This document shows, piece after piece, positions 1 through 12,941 of a stretch of 64,000 bases of DNA. Both the position numbers and the translations under genes were made by a program. The notes beneath the pieces are model-generated. The model had not been told where the DNA came from and did no database searches. It saw only the letters and a program-made list of their open reading frames with translations. Every line of letters starts with the position of its first letter. Position 1 is the stretch's first letter. Source of the stretch: Octopus vulgaris (lineage: Eukaryota); NCBI GenBank assembly GCA_951406725.2, contig OX597815.1, forward strand, positions 114,328,001 through 114,392,000, given 5' to 3'.

Positions 1-939
1 AATGAACTCTAGCTTACAATATTCTCCTCATATAACTGTTTTCAGTCTGTGGTTTATTGTCTGATTTTTCATTTCTGCTGATGTACGAAACTATTCTGGA
101 CATTCCATTACTGCTGCCAGTGTATCAACAAGAATGATGCAGTGTTTTAGAAGGATTACAATATGCATAGAGAATCTAGGGCGCGCCCAGTGGGATCCGG
201 TCCCGAACCACGTATTTGTGAAGCAAGATTCTTAACCACATGGACATGCTTGTGTTCACCTATTGTTTACGAATTAACTTTAAAATTTATATTTCTTGAG
301 GAATACATTACAAACGATTGATAGGGGATAACAACTATGTTAGTGTACAAAACATTTCATCAAAGTAGGAGGAAATGTTAAAGATTTATTTATCCTTAAC
401 ATAAGTTGACGTTTCACCTCCATTCGACGTAAGTACTGCTTAAAAAGTAAAGACATCTTTTGCCGACAGCATAAAATTTATTTCACCGTTTAAGCAATTT
501 ATATTGCTTTTTCCCGATATAGAACATCACTAGTTTTGTTGGATTCTACTGATATGGTTATTTTCTGGCTATGTTTTGTTATCTGATTTACCAACTTATT
601 CTGGGCATTTCGGAACTACAACCAATCTCATCACAAAATGTCAAGAAGGAGCGAATACTTCAGAAAGCTTACAGTAAATCTAGAGAGTGTAAAGGAATAA
701 AACGTGCATTGGTTCAATAATGCGACGAGTAATTTAGAAAACTGCCAAATCTATGCAGAGATTAACGCTCGAGTAATGTTGCTAATAATGAAAACTATTG
801 GATATTATCATTGATTAGATCATTTAATAAATCTGATTGCTCAAATGTGGTTGATATAAAAGATGCAATGTTGACTCATCAATAACTTAGATATTTCATA
901 TATTAGCTGATTTGCATGAAAGAATATTCTTTCACACAT

Positions 940-1055
940 ACTAGCTTTTGTCAGACTGCGGCCATTTTGGAGCATCACCTTGAAGGGCTTTAGCTAACCA
1001 TATTATATACAATCTTGTACTTATTTTATCGATTTCTGTTTATAGAATGGTTTAG
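940..1055 (-). mobile_element. SINE family C, 3' fragment
   Basis: cagactgcggccattttggagcatcaccttgaagg is a decayed reverse complement of the family-C tail ggcggtgctccagcatggccgcagtc. Confidence 0.6.
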
Positions 1056-1177
1056 ATAACTTTTGAGGTGAAGGGTGAAATTCGACGTTTTCTTTTTGTT
1101 ACACCTGTTTACTCACTTTGTGGAACCAAGGTTCCAAGCAATGGAACTAAACTGTTTTTGGCTACAGTAGAAGACTA

Positions 1178-2831
1178 TCTTCCTTTATTATAGACATAAA
1201 GCCTTAATATTGACGGGACAACACAAAACGTGGGGCACATACAAACATATAATGAATGAATTATGGAAATAATGAAATTGAAATGGCTTTCCTAACCTAA
1301 AAAGTTCCATTTTACTGTTTTTAAAATTAGTAATTATTTGTATCGCGTTTACATCATAAAGTCTATTAACTCCTCGAATTCTATCACTGATGGTAATCCG
1401 CCTTATATCAATCGTAATGCTGTTATCTCTATCCTGTCTCCGAATATTTCTCTCAATCTTTCTGCTCTCTCTCATCTTCCAGCAGCACTGCTTTCTGATT
1501 CCGGTTCTGCTCCTTGTCGGTCAGCTTAATCCTTATCACGCCTTTCATCTTGGAAATTCTTTTCTCTATTTCCACACTCTTTTCGTACTGAACCATCACA
1601 CTTTCATATTTCCCCTTCGGTGGCTCTCTCGGTTGTATCACTTCACTCTCTGCCCATGTTGCTAGTGTTTCCATCTCTATTTGTTGCTCCTTCTCATTTT
1701 CTAGTCTCTTCTTCTGTCGTTCCTCCTCCTTGCTTGTTGAAGGCTCTGGTCTTTGCTTTCGTTCTCCCGTTGATACCTCATTTTTCTTTTTCTGTTCTTA
1801 TTTTCCTCCGCCTTTCTTTTCTTTTTAGGTGGAGATTCGATGTCTTTTCCCTTCCTTTCTACCACTGTAAACTCCTCTTCCTCCTTTGCCGTTACAATTG
1901 CTTCTTCCTGACTCTCCTCCACCTCCTCCTGTTCGTGTTTCTGGGGACACTTGGCTTTTCATGCAAAACATATTGGAGGTCTACCTTCCACAATAATTCT
2001 CAGTCTGGTTTCGTCTGGTAAAACGAGGTCTTCAACAATCTTATGGAGGTCTGGTAACCTCATATGTACTATTACCTCTAGCCCATATCCCCATTAGTTC
2101 ACCTCCGCAGTCTTTGATATTTTCAGGACTTCCGCTCTTCTTCTGTATTGTAAAGGATGGTTGCCATAAACCATACCTCGTCAATTTCGGGGGGCACTCT
2201 CCCTATCCTTACTCTGGCCGCACGTTTGTCACAGTAAGTTGGTAATAGTGTCCACTCCGCTGATTTCAAGGCTACAGTGGAATATTTCTTTGCTTCGTTC
2301 TCATTTACGAAGCACACCTCCACCGTGCCGAACATTCGTCCTTTGGTGTAGAATGTGATTAACTCTTTTATCTCTTTCAAACATTCCTCGACCGCTTCTA
2401 CGGCTGCAATCTCCACCTTCTTTGTTGCTATGTTCAACGTTCTATAGGTAATGGTTTTCCTTTCTGTATTCTCCGTCACTTCTTTCGGGGCTGTCAGCCT
2501 TAAACAGCTTCCCTCCTTCTTCAGTAAGGTGTTAAACTTCTTGAAGTCCCTATCCTTGACTTCCAATTCACGTATCTGCGGTAGCTCAGCTGACAGGCTT
2601 TTTGCTCGTCACTGCAGCATAACTGCCTGTTTGTACCTGTGTATACATAATCACGTTGTTCACTGCTTCACACATAAATGGGGAAGACAAATAAAATTTT
2701 CAACAAATTAAAACAATCACAATATTCAACAATTCAGTAATCAAGTAATAAAACAATAACTCACATAGGAGCGAAATCTACACTACAACTCAAGGGTTCA
2801 GTTGGTGACTACCTTTGTAAAGACTGTAACT
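1178..2831 (-). mobile_element. Decayed non-LTR retroelement (Tx1/L1-type) with only ORF1 visible; possible HAL1-like element
   Basis: Minus-strand frames give an RRM-like ORF1 segment (2123-2566). A frameshifted 'LRIIVEGRPPICFA*KAKCP' follows (remnant gag-like CCHC knuckle), then a Glu/Lys/Arg-rich tail (1453-1922). AATAAA lies at 1184-1189 on the minus strand. Candidate 12-bp TSD cagtagaagact at 1166-1177 and 2832-2843. Confidence 0.7.
1453..2566 (-). pseudogene. Fragmented LINE ORF1p (RRM-like region, Zn-knuckle remnant, charged tail)
   Basis: ORF 2123-2566 contains RKTITYRTLN...FGTVEVCF...LLPTY...RVRIGRVPPEI..W..ATILY. It continues through frameshifts and stops into ORFs 1701-1922 and 1453-1674, and is homologous to the ORF at 12477-12815. 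Confidence 0.7.
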
Positions 2832-3466
2832 CAGTAGAAGACTGTAACCAGAGAAAGTTTCTAGAGTTTCTATTTAACCAAATTCCCGTACAAGTTATTG
2901 GTCAGCTTGAGTCTACAAGACGGTTGTGGGATCTATTCTATCCAGATGCATTTGATTGTGAAAAGAACTTAGCCAAATAACTATGTTTACCTGATACTAA
3001 ATAATACACAAGCATCTGTTTATTTTCCAAGGGTATAAAGAGAGATGAAATGCCAAAGTGCTGCTAGTTATAAACTTCGGACATTTCACCTTGATGGCAA
3101 TGCAACCAATACTTAAATATATTTTCTGTTAACTTAAGATTGAACAGCGAATGCACGTGTTAAAATTTTTATTTTAAGTTGTCATTCTATAAACATCTTT
3201 CGCTTTGTTTAAAAGCTGCTAATACATTTTTTTTGCGGAAATACTACATATATAATGAAATTTAAGATGAAAATCAGAATTTCGCACTTCCATTTCTTCA
3301 CTCTTTTGATATGATGGAAATGGACTATTTTTGCTAGAGAAAAAAAAGCATTAACAAAATCATTCGAAGTGTTTTTCTATCCAAAGAACACAAAATCATA
3401 ATGTTAAATGTTGCTACTAGATTTTGCCTTGTGTAATTTCTTCTTCAAATTGATTCCCGATATGTA

Positions 3467-3468
<2 letters not shown>

Positions 3469-3535
<67 letters not shown>

Positions 3536-3541
3536 ATATAT
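3469..3541. repeat. (TA)n microsatellite
   Basis: Read directly from the sequence. Confidence 0.95.
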
Positions 3542-4090
3542 AATGATTGATGTGTAATGTGTAGTTTAGTAGATTTTCCCCTCTATCCTCCCCTCCCTAC
3601 TTAACCTATCTACCTCAACCATTACAATATTCACATAAAAAATTGAAATGGTGACTAAATTAGCTCTCGAATTTCGCTAATGGAAAGTATTCAGAATGGT
3701 AATACAGTATAACATTATTCATGTAGAGAGTAGGTAAAACAAGAATTAGAATCAAGGAATATTTGATTCTAAACTAATTCTTAAAGATGCTATTTGTATG
3801 AAAGCAAAACTTGCCATGATGACTTCAAATGAGGGCCAAAATCTAATCAGCTATTTCTAGCTCTGTCATTATTAGTGCCGTGTTGTTAATTTTGTTGTTG
3901 CAGAATTCTAAATCGAGAAGAAACTTGGGAAAATTCTCGAATGCATTTAAAAGTTATATTATGAAACCTAAATTTTATTACATATAACAAAATTCACATT
4001 AGTCCAATGCAATAAATGGGAAGATTGCAATGTATGCGATGCGGTTTCAACTTCTGATAGAAACTATATTAGTACATTTACTAGTAATTC

Positions 4091-4526
4091 TTTCGAATTT
4101 TGGTGCTAGACCAACGATATTGAGGGGCGGGAGCAAGTCAGTTACATCGACCGGTACTTATTTTATAGACGTCGAAAGGACGAAAGGCGAAGTTGACCGC
4201 GAAGGCATTTGAACTGAGAACGTGAAGGGCCGGAAGAAATGCCTCTAAGTATTTTGTCCGACTCTCTAATAATTCAGCTAGATAGCAGCCTTCTTTACTT
4301 TATTAATAATCTTTTTGTACTCTAGCACAAAGCCTGAAATTTTGGGGTAAGAAGATTGCCAATTACCCCGACCCCAGTACTCATCTAGTACTTTTTCTTC
4401 CATCGACCCTAGAGGATGAAAGGTAAAGTCGACCTCGGCGAGATTTGAACTTAGAACATAAAGACTGGTGAAATGCCGCTAAGCATTTTAGGCAGTATGG
4501 TAACGATTCTGCCAGCTCGCCGCCTT
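4091..4526 (-). mobile_element. Two head-to-tail SINE family D copies (4091-4292, 4309-4526)
   Basis: Reverse complement of ggcggcgagctggcagaatcgttacc...gttcaaatctcgccgaggtcgactttacctttcatcc. A-box-like TGGCAGAA and B-box-like GTTCAAAT are present. Confidence 0.85.
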
Positions 4527-5178
4527 ATTTACTAATAATGCACTTAGGGAAAATATGACTTTCATAGCATCCAATTTCCCATATTCTGTGTAAATTTGAA
4601 TTTATTTTTGGTTATTCTAAAAAGAGAAATTATTTCTATTAAGAATGGTAAGTGCTGGAGAATCGCACGTAATAAGAGAAAAAAAAACACACACACAACT
4701 TCTTATTACATTTCTAAAATCCCTGATTTTCTGATTTGAATAAAATTATTACTTATGGAACGTTAAAAAGAAGGTATTGGTGAAAACGCTTTACGGTATT
4801 TATTCCGATCGCTCGAATTTGTATGTGAAGTTCAAAACCAACTAGAACTGATTTACTTTTCATTCAAGATATTACGTCGATTATATTATACAAATTTGTC
4901 GCAGGTCCAAGAAACGAAATCCTTATTTATACGAGGAGTATTCTCTGGCTTCATGCTGAATATTATTAATATCTGTGTCATGGAAGCAACAACTGGTATT
5001 TTGCAGATAAGACACGAGAAAAAAAAAATAATGATGAATGTAACACAGCAGCAGACTATTTATTCCCTAATAAACAAACCTGTCATAAGTTCACAAGACT
5101 TTCGTTGCTGATAAACTGTTCCCTTATGAGACGTTACTTCACCGATGCAGAATATATGTTGGTTCCGCTGTTTATTTG

Positions 5179-5217
<39 letters not shown>

Positions 5218-6364
5218 GCACGCACGAATGGGAGAGAGAATGAGGGAGAAAGATATTCCAGCTGTAACAACTCGAGTTGAAAAAGATGTCAAATCCCTGT
5301 TGCTATGTGGTTTTCAGAAATTCGACTATCGCACGTTATATTTCATACATTTACAAAATATCTCTGAAAGGAAAAATGTTGAATATTATGATGGATGGTG
5401 AGCACCGTAAGGCAAGACCTAAGCCCCGAGATTGTCATGATCGAAGTACATTTCAATCAACACTTCAAGCCATTTCCCCTGTACATATGCTAGGGGAAAG
5501 GCGTAAAAAAAAAAACCTTAATAACTAACTTTCTTAGGGTATTTGTACCTAAGAAACGGAAAACAATATTTCCTATCGTATAATTCAGGATACGAATGCT
5601 TTAAGTAATCCTGTTTTTAAAAAAATGTTTTGAGTTTTAGAAAACAAAACCTTTGGCATTCATGATTGATATTGAAAAGTAAGTTGGTTTAAAGAGAAAA
5701 TCTTTCGATTACCATAAGTGCAGGAATAATTACGAAAAATTTAGAGAAAATGTTTACAAGCTGTGGAAGTATGGTGCAGAAAAGATATACCAATCATGAG
5801 AAAATAAGATGAAATAAATAAATTAGATGAAGTCTTGGAGATAAGGCAGTAGAAAACCAGGATGACGTTAGGAGTGGTGTTCCGTGATTAAATCAGTTAT
5901 GGCCAATAAAATGTTTTGTAAGCAGATACCTTAATCGAAATTAGATTTTTTTTCCCATGAGGTCACGATCTCGATTTAGTTTAAGGATTTGTGTGTGAAA
6001 TAGCTGTTATCTTGTCAAACGACAGATGTGACTCATCATCAGAGGTGATGGAATATTACATACATACATCCGTACTTATTTATGTACATACTGAAACGTT
6101 GAAACATATTTAACTTTTAAAAAAAGGTTAACAAATTTTTCATATTTCCTGGCGAGATAAAGATGAAAGAGACACAACAGTTAGCATTAGCTTAGAATTA
6201 GTTTATATAATTCCCAAATCATGATTACTTTCGAATACCGACATCTTTGTCTTTATGAACATATACCGTTTGTCTCATAATTTTTAGGAAAACTTTAATA
6301 AAAAGAAAAAAAAAATGCTAAACTTTTTATTCAGTTCTTACTTCTAATTCTTACCAGTATCTTA

Positions 6365-6573
6365 CGAGGATTACTGAAAAGTTCCTGTTTTTTTTTTTTT
6401 TTTTGGTAAAAGAAAATACAAGAGGATCAGTTAATTATGATTTTATTCAACATATTCCCCTCTCAGATTTACACACTTATTTCAGCAGTCCTTCAGTTTT
6501 TCTCAACCCCGTAAAAGAACACCTAGGCCTTTCGTGATACCCATACAACCAGAAACTTTTCAGTACCCTCTCG
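6365..6573 (-). mobile_element. Mariner-derived MITE (internally deleted)
   Basis: TA|cgaggattactgaaaagttcctg ... ccagaaacttttcagtaccctctcg|TA, i.e. TIRs with a TA TSD. The internal minus strand encodes G*EKLKDC*NKCVNLRGEYVE*, a typical mariner transposase C-terminus. Confidence 0.85.
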
Positions 6574-7976
6574 TATACTATCAAACAACTGATTGTGGAA
6601 TTGATAGGGGAGATGTTTGCCTCTTGGCTCGAAATTACACAGTTCATATATGATAGGAAGCACTGCTTGTAGCTATATCACAAATATCTCTTTCTCGCCA
6701 GCAAAGTTCACCTGGGTGTGAAAACATATCATTAGGAAAGTAGGGCTCACCAGTGTATTATGGAAAAAATTTTGATTTTGGAATAGTCCAAATTAAATAT
6801 GGTTCAGGGTGGTTGGTAGTTTCTGATACATCCACAAGATATTAATACACACAAGACACTATAATAACTAATCCCTTTTTTTTTTTACTATAATAACTGG
6901 TATTACGACTATCTATCCTTGTATAATATAGTCGTTAATCAGTTGTTCATGACATATTTAATAAAACTCGACTATTCTAATATCGTTAAGGCATTCAAAT
7001 TTAATGGGACATGTTAGGTTCTAATACGGAATATATTAGATTTTAATACAGTTTATGGTTCTAATACGTTTTAAAGCCAGCCATATTAATTTCGTTACAC
7101 TTGATAGTTTAATTTAGCAAAGTGCTTGAACCGGTAATTTAGTACATGGCCAGGCAAACGTTGTCACATCAAATTCTAAGCATAAAGCTTCGGCTTATCC
7201 ACTTTTACCCACATGGCTTGGGTAGACCCGAGGCTATAGTATAATGCATTCGTTGAAAGTAACCGCGTAGTAAGATAAGTTCGTAATTACATGGTTTCTG
7301 GTTCAAGAAAACCAAGTAATTACGAAGAGAATATTTCCAACCATCTCTCCATGCATGTAGTCAAATAAATAAACGAGATAAGTGGAATATACACATGCGT
7401 GCGTGTATAAAAGATTGTGGACCTGTATTAGAGCGTTTACTGCTGACTCTTTGTTCCATCGCTCTTAAACACTATTCGTTTGCTTAATTGACTATGCTCA
7501 ACAAAACAGCCGATAGGTTCGAAAGATTAAGTGTTTTCCTTCTCTGTTACTGTTATAGAACCAGAGCTATATGTGGTGTGTAATAAACTGAACTTAATAT
7601 TCTAGCAGAGAGGGGGAAAACAGCAGGTGTAATCAAATTCTGTTGCCAATGTGTTATGTATACAAGGAACAGGTGGCTTGTCAATTTCTATACAAAAGTC
7701 CTGTGAATGTGATAGAATGAAATTGAAGATGTAACTTTTCATGAAATCGTTTATAGGTTTTGTTTGATTGTTGTTATTATAATCATTAGTTTATCAAACT
7801 TTTCCTAATGTTGATGAAGCCAATTAGAAACGCAATGATAATAATAATGATGATGCTGATGCTGATGATGATGATGGAAATAATGTTAAGAACAATGTTA
7901 ATGATGACGAAAGTGTTTTTGTAACTACGATAGCGACGACAGCCATGAAGTGGGTGACAGAAAGGCGCCAATGACG

Positions 7977-8018
<42 letters not shown>

Positions 8019-8781
8019 AAGTCGTTGCTGACAACAAAAAGATGACAACGGCAGTCAACGAAGACGGTAAAGAAGACGAAGATGAATAAGATGACAATAG
8101 CGAGAAGGATGAGGGTTTTGGTAGTGATGACGGTGGCCATAAAGTTGTTTCCTGTGGTGTGTCTCACACATTCAAATTTACATTTGAAATCTCACTCATT
8201 ACCTCGCCGTTTTCATGTACTGCTCTATATATCCACATCCAGGTGAGATCGAAGTGGCTGAACAGTACTACATGACGGGATCTTGTTTTAACGCGCAGAT
8301 CATACAGGAAATTTAATATTCTATATGAACATGATATTAATAATATATACTACGTGCTGAACACGATACAAAGGAAAAATAATTAACTAAATATCATTTA
8401 CTTATAGAAAACATAAATATATAATTTATAACATTATTTAACAACAAAAGTTACAATCATAAATTGTTAATTTTATTTCCCTGTGGTTGACGACAGACAA
8501 GCTTTAATCGGCAGCAGTGGTAGGGTAGAGTCTATAGCTTATCCCCGAATCACTAGAACTATGATACTCCACTGATATTTGCTTCTTACGTATAGAATGC
8601 TGAGATGATTAAAGAGGCACTGGGTCATCAGCAGGTGGATCTTCAATGCCGTCAATGGGCTTAACAACTACAGCATGTTTAGTTCGAAATGACTTGAAGA
8701 AAGAGCCAAGTTACATTTATCTACCTTGCTGTTTCTGATTCTCAGATAAAATCGCATGTATATCTGTTTCGGTTCTCCCTT

Positions 8782-8988
8782 AAGCCGGTGAGGCTGTTAA
8801 CAAATATGTTTTGCGGTATTTGTTCTGGTTCTTTATATTCTTAGTTCATATCTCGTCGAGGTCAGCTTTGCCTTGCGTACCTCCGAGATCAATAAGATAA
8901 AGTACTAGTCAAGTACCGACTAATGGTATCGACTAACCATGCCCCCTTAAAATTGCTGGCCTTGTGTCTTATTCAGAAATCATTATTA
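8782..8988 (+). mobile_element. SINE family D (diverged)
   Basis: cgaggtcagctttgccttgcgtacctccgagatcaataagataaagtactagtc...ggccttgtgtc matches the family-D body and tail. Confidence 0.75.
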
Positions 8989-11138
8989 CTCTCTCTTGAA
9001 ATTATCATACAAAGTACAAGACTAAAAGATGCTTAACCGCTAAAATATCAACGATCATTTTAGGGCAAACAAAATGCTGATATTCAAAGAAAGTGGTTGA
9101 AATCATTACTGGGAGTAACTCAGATTTCGTCTAGTCCATTCGATACTCGGCTTAACAGAGTGGGTTTTAATGTGGATGCTCTGTATAAAGATTAATCTGA
9201 TGGCGAACATCGTAAAGTCACCCTATCGATTGAAAATGAACCTATGATAATCTGAATCTTTAGTGACTCGACCAGCTGTGACTCTACAGAAGGTACATTC
9301 TATGAATTAAAATATGGGCTTATATGGATCAAAATTGCCTAAGCGAAGTTTATACGTATCAGTGTGCAATGTTAACTTGTATCAAATAACAATAACCTAG
9401 AACATAACATTTACATATATATATATATATATAGGTTATATAATTCAATGTCTCTAGAACTAACACGTGTTTAACAACAACAACAACGATGACGAAGGGA
9501 ACAAGAATCCGATTTAAAGAACAGGCACTGGAACGAAATGAATCGCGAAACGGACTGTTGAAATATTTCTGATAAAATTGTAACTGCAATGAAAAAGCAG
9601 CGATAATATTGAATATATGACAAGTCATGGTGGAAATCACGGCATTATTCAATCGCAGTCAAAGAAGATATCCACCTAGTGGTGAAAATCCTGTAATTGG
9701 TGCGTTTAACGTATAATAAGTCACTAGATTCACATCTGATACCTATCAACATAGCCTGTAATGAGAATCAGACTTCAAATCAAATGGTAAAGTTGACCAA
9801 AATAAATCGTAAGTTCTGAGATTGTAGGATATGATCGAGCTGTTTCCAACAGTTAAGTAAACTGAAGTAGTACTGAGCATATGGTTATTACCAGATATGC
9901 AACGAAATAGAGAGTTGTGTAGAACTCTTTGATCACATGAACTGGTAGTTACAGTGGGTAGTATCTTATTTTGCCTTTACAATAATATAACAGTACTTTC
10001 GTTGTTGACTGCGAGATGTGTGTGTGTGGTGGGGGAGGATTTGCACGACTGTAAAACTATATTATTAGTTGTTTCATGCTAATTTAATGATGAACTATAA
10101 ATTTAAAATCAGAGTTCAAAATTCGAACGAAGTCGACTTATAACTATTGATCGTTGTAACAAAGTGAAGTTTAAATAAGTATCACTGTTGATTCTTGGCA
10201 TAGGGTCACAGCAGATTAAAGAAAAGCTTTCTGATTGTTCAACTTAGTTTAAAGTGAACTCTTTCGGGGGAAAAATCACAAAAAAAAACCCACTAATTAT
10301 CAAAAAGTGACCCAATATACTGAGTTTTAAACTGATTTCAGTTCTCGGATGAAGTCATGCCTTTGGAAATGCATGGAAACATTGAAATTTTCTTCTTCCT
10401 TACGTTCCGCCAAAATTTGTTTGTCCTTATCAGCACATTAGCGTGCACCATAGAATAAAACCTAATTTCCTGGCAAATAAGATTGAAATATAGTTTTTTG
10501 TCGACATTACACTCATACCTGTGATTAATATACTGAGATATATGAGAAGCACTTAGATATTTTTTCCACTTCTAAATCATGGACCTTTAAATAAGCTTAA
10601 AAGAAATATTTTTCCAAGTTGCTATCATATTTCATGATGCCAACTTTGATAAACATCTTTTAAAATGTTATATCTCCACGGGAATATTTCAGTTATATTC
10701 TGGATTCAGTTAGCCAGGGACGCCCGGTGTATTTTTAGAAAATAAAATGAAAAACAAAATAGTATCAAATTCGTAAAATAAAGGATATTTAAAAGGCTTT
10801 AATGTAGGTCTTAAGAAAATAGGCCGACCAAAATGCATTACATCTTTTTGGGGGATCACCTTAAATTATTCAAGAAAAAAACTGATATTAAGTTTTGGGT
10901 TAATCACTGATAATATGATAATAAAATTTGGTCGAGAATCACGTTAATATCGACTGATGAATCGTGAGAAAATAAGAAACGAGAAAGCAATGTCTATCAT
11001 TGAATGAAAGGAATATAAACAAAATTATGTAAATCTATAATAAAACAAGAGTTTAAGTCATTTCAGATATATCAATTAATTCAGTTTGTTTAGTAATTTA
11101 GCTGACATAAAGTTTGGGTAATGGTTAATTTCTCTCTC

Positions 11139-11186
<48 letters not shown>

Positions 11187-11448
11187 GCATGTGTAAAACT
11201 GAAGGAGCTAAGAGAAAATAAAGAAGTCAGTGGCATGAATCCAGATAACCAAGTAGATGGGAATGTTTGGGCGTACAACATGTTGTACAGGATAAAATTT
11301 CAATTTATTAAAACAAATTCACTCGTAAACAGAGAAGAAAAACAAAAACCTATTAATATTGATAGTAATTCTTAATGAGAAGAGACAAATAAGAATTTCA
11401 CGACTGAACATGCTTCGGGTAAAAATGGATAATCTGATGTGTTTGTGT

Positions 11449-11451
<3 letters not shown>

Positions 11452-11542
<91 letters not shown>
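11452..11542. repeat. (GA)n microsatellite
   Basis: Read directly from the sequence. Confidence 0.95.
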
Positions 11543-11786
11543 TCACTGATTGAAAAGAAAAGCTATAATGTAGACTTTTTATTCCTGCAAGCGTTTCAAG
11601 TTTACAGGTCAAATTATTTTACTGTTAAAAAACACTTCCCGAAACCTCTGCGTTTCAATTGCTCAGCACACATGCATAAATTTTCGTCTGGATTCATATA
11701 CTTTTCTTCGCCTTCCTGTTTTGAACGTACATCGGCCATTGATTATGCTTAGTGTTGAGAGATTCTGGAGACAAAGAATTTATATA

Positions 11787-12941
11787 TCTCTCTATATATA
11801 AAACTGAGAATGTGTGTGTGTGTGTGTGTGTCTGTCTGTCTGTGTGTTTCCCCAAAACTTGAGAACTGCACAACCAATTTCATTCAAATTTTACATATGC
11901 CTTACTTAGGGTCCGGGGAGTGTCATCGGCAAAAAAATCTAACTTTTTCCCTAGGGCGAGCCCACAGCAATATCATATCTTCTCCACTATGATTCCCTAA
12001 AACTTGAGAACTACACAACCAATTTCATTCAAATTTTATACATGCCTTACTTAGGGTCCATGTAGTTTCATGGGCAAAAAAATGTTCAACTTCTTGCCTA
12101 GGGCGAGCCCATAGCAATATATCTTCTCCACTATTTCAGTATTACGTGTTAAAAGTGAAACAAAAACATTTCTCTATTTTAAGTCAGATACTTTCACTTT
12201 AACAATAAAAAATTAGAGATAATAATAACAATTGAATTATATGTAGTAAGTAATAATTAAAATCAAACTAAAGTATAATATAATCGTAACATAACAAAAG
12301 TAAAAATAGCAATTGGTATAAAATTGCATCAATGACTTGAACTTGAATAAGTGGTTTCACATGAATGGGAATAAATTAAAAATAAAATCAATGCGCAGAA
12401 ATGGAATAGTCCATTAAATTAAAGAAAAGACTATTGTCTATAAAGTATACAATGTAGAGAAAAAAAAAAAAGATTTGTGCACCTGAAGGAAAGCACCATC
12501 GAAAAGTGTCTTGGTGCGACTATGAAAGATATCAAGTATCTAACCAGAGGCGGTAAATTCGCCACAATAGAAGCAAGGTTCGAGTCAACGGAGCATGCAA
12601 GGGAGTACTCGACTCGAACCTTGCAAAATGGAAATATTTTATTTTTACCTTTATACCTGGGACGTAGGACGTCCCGGATAAAAATTTTAAATGTCCCCTC
12701 AGAAGTAGAGGCAGGCTGGATTGTAGCCACACTTTTATACAAGAGGGAGGACAAGATACAATTGATCGAAATTGCAAGAGACGGGCCTACAATTCCAGTC
12801 TGTTATATATTTTGAGTATTGTTATCACTAGCGATTTTTTGTATTTTTTGTGTAGATGTATATATATAGATGTACACATATATATACACATATATACATG
12901 CACTAGCACTATGACCCGGCAACGCCGGGTCATAATGCTAG
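11787..12941 (+). mobile_element. Non-autonomous Helitron carrying a captured LINE ORF1 fragment
   Basis: 5' end A|TCtctatatataaaactgagaatgtgtg. 3' hairpin gacccggc-aac-gccgggtc followed by CTAG|T (12938-12941). Inserted between A and T with no TSD. Contains an internal ~145-bp tandem duplication. Confidence 0.85.
12421..12790 (+). pseudogene. Captured fragment of a LINE ORF1p-like gene (RRM-like region)
   Basis: IEKCL...ATLLY aligns without gaps to VEECL...ATILY of ORF 2123-2566 (29 of 81 identical, counted by hand). Upstream, past a poly-A frameshift, KEKTIVYKVYNVEKK aligns with RKTITYRTLNIATKK. Confidence 0.8.

Noticed and set aside
7925-8167. Minus-strand ORF with a signal-peptide-like hydrophobic stretch (TLILLAIVILFIFVFFTVFVDC)
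   Set aside because: It derives from decayed GAT/GAC/GAA trinucleotide repeats and runs into (TG)n, with no convincing splice donor or recognisable domain.
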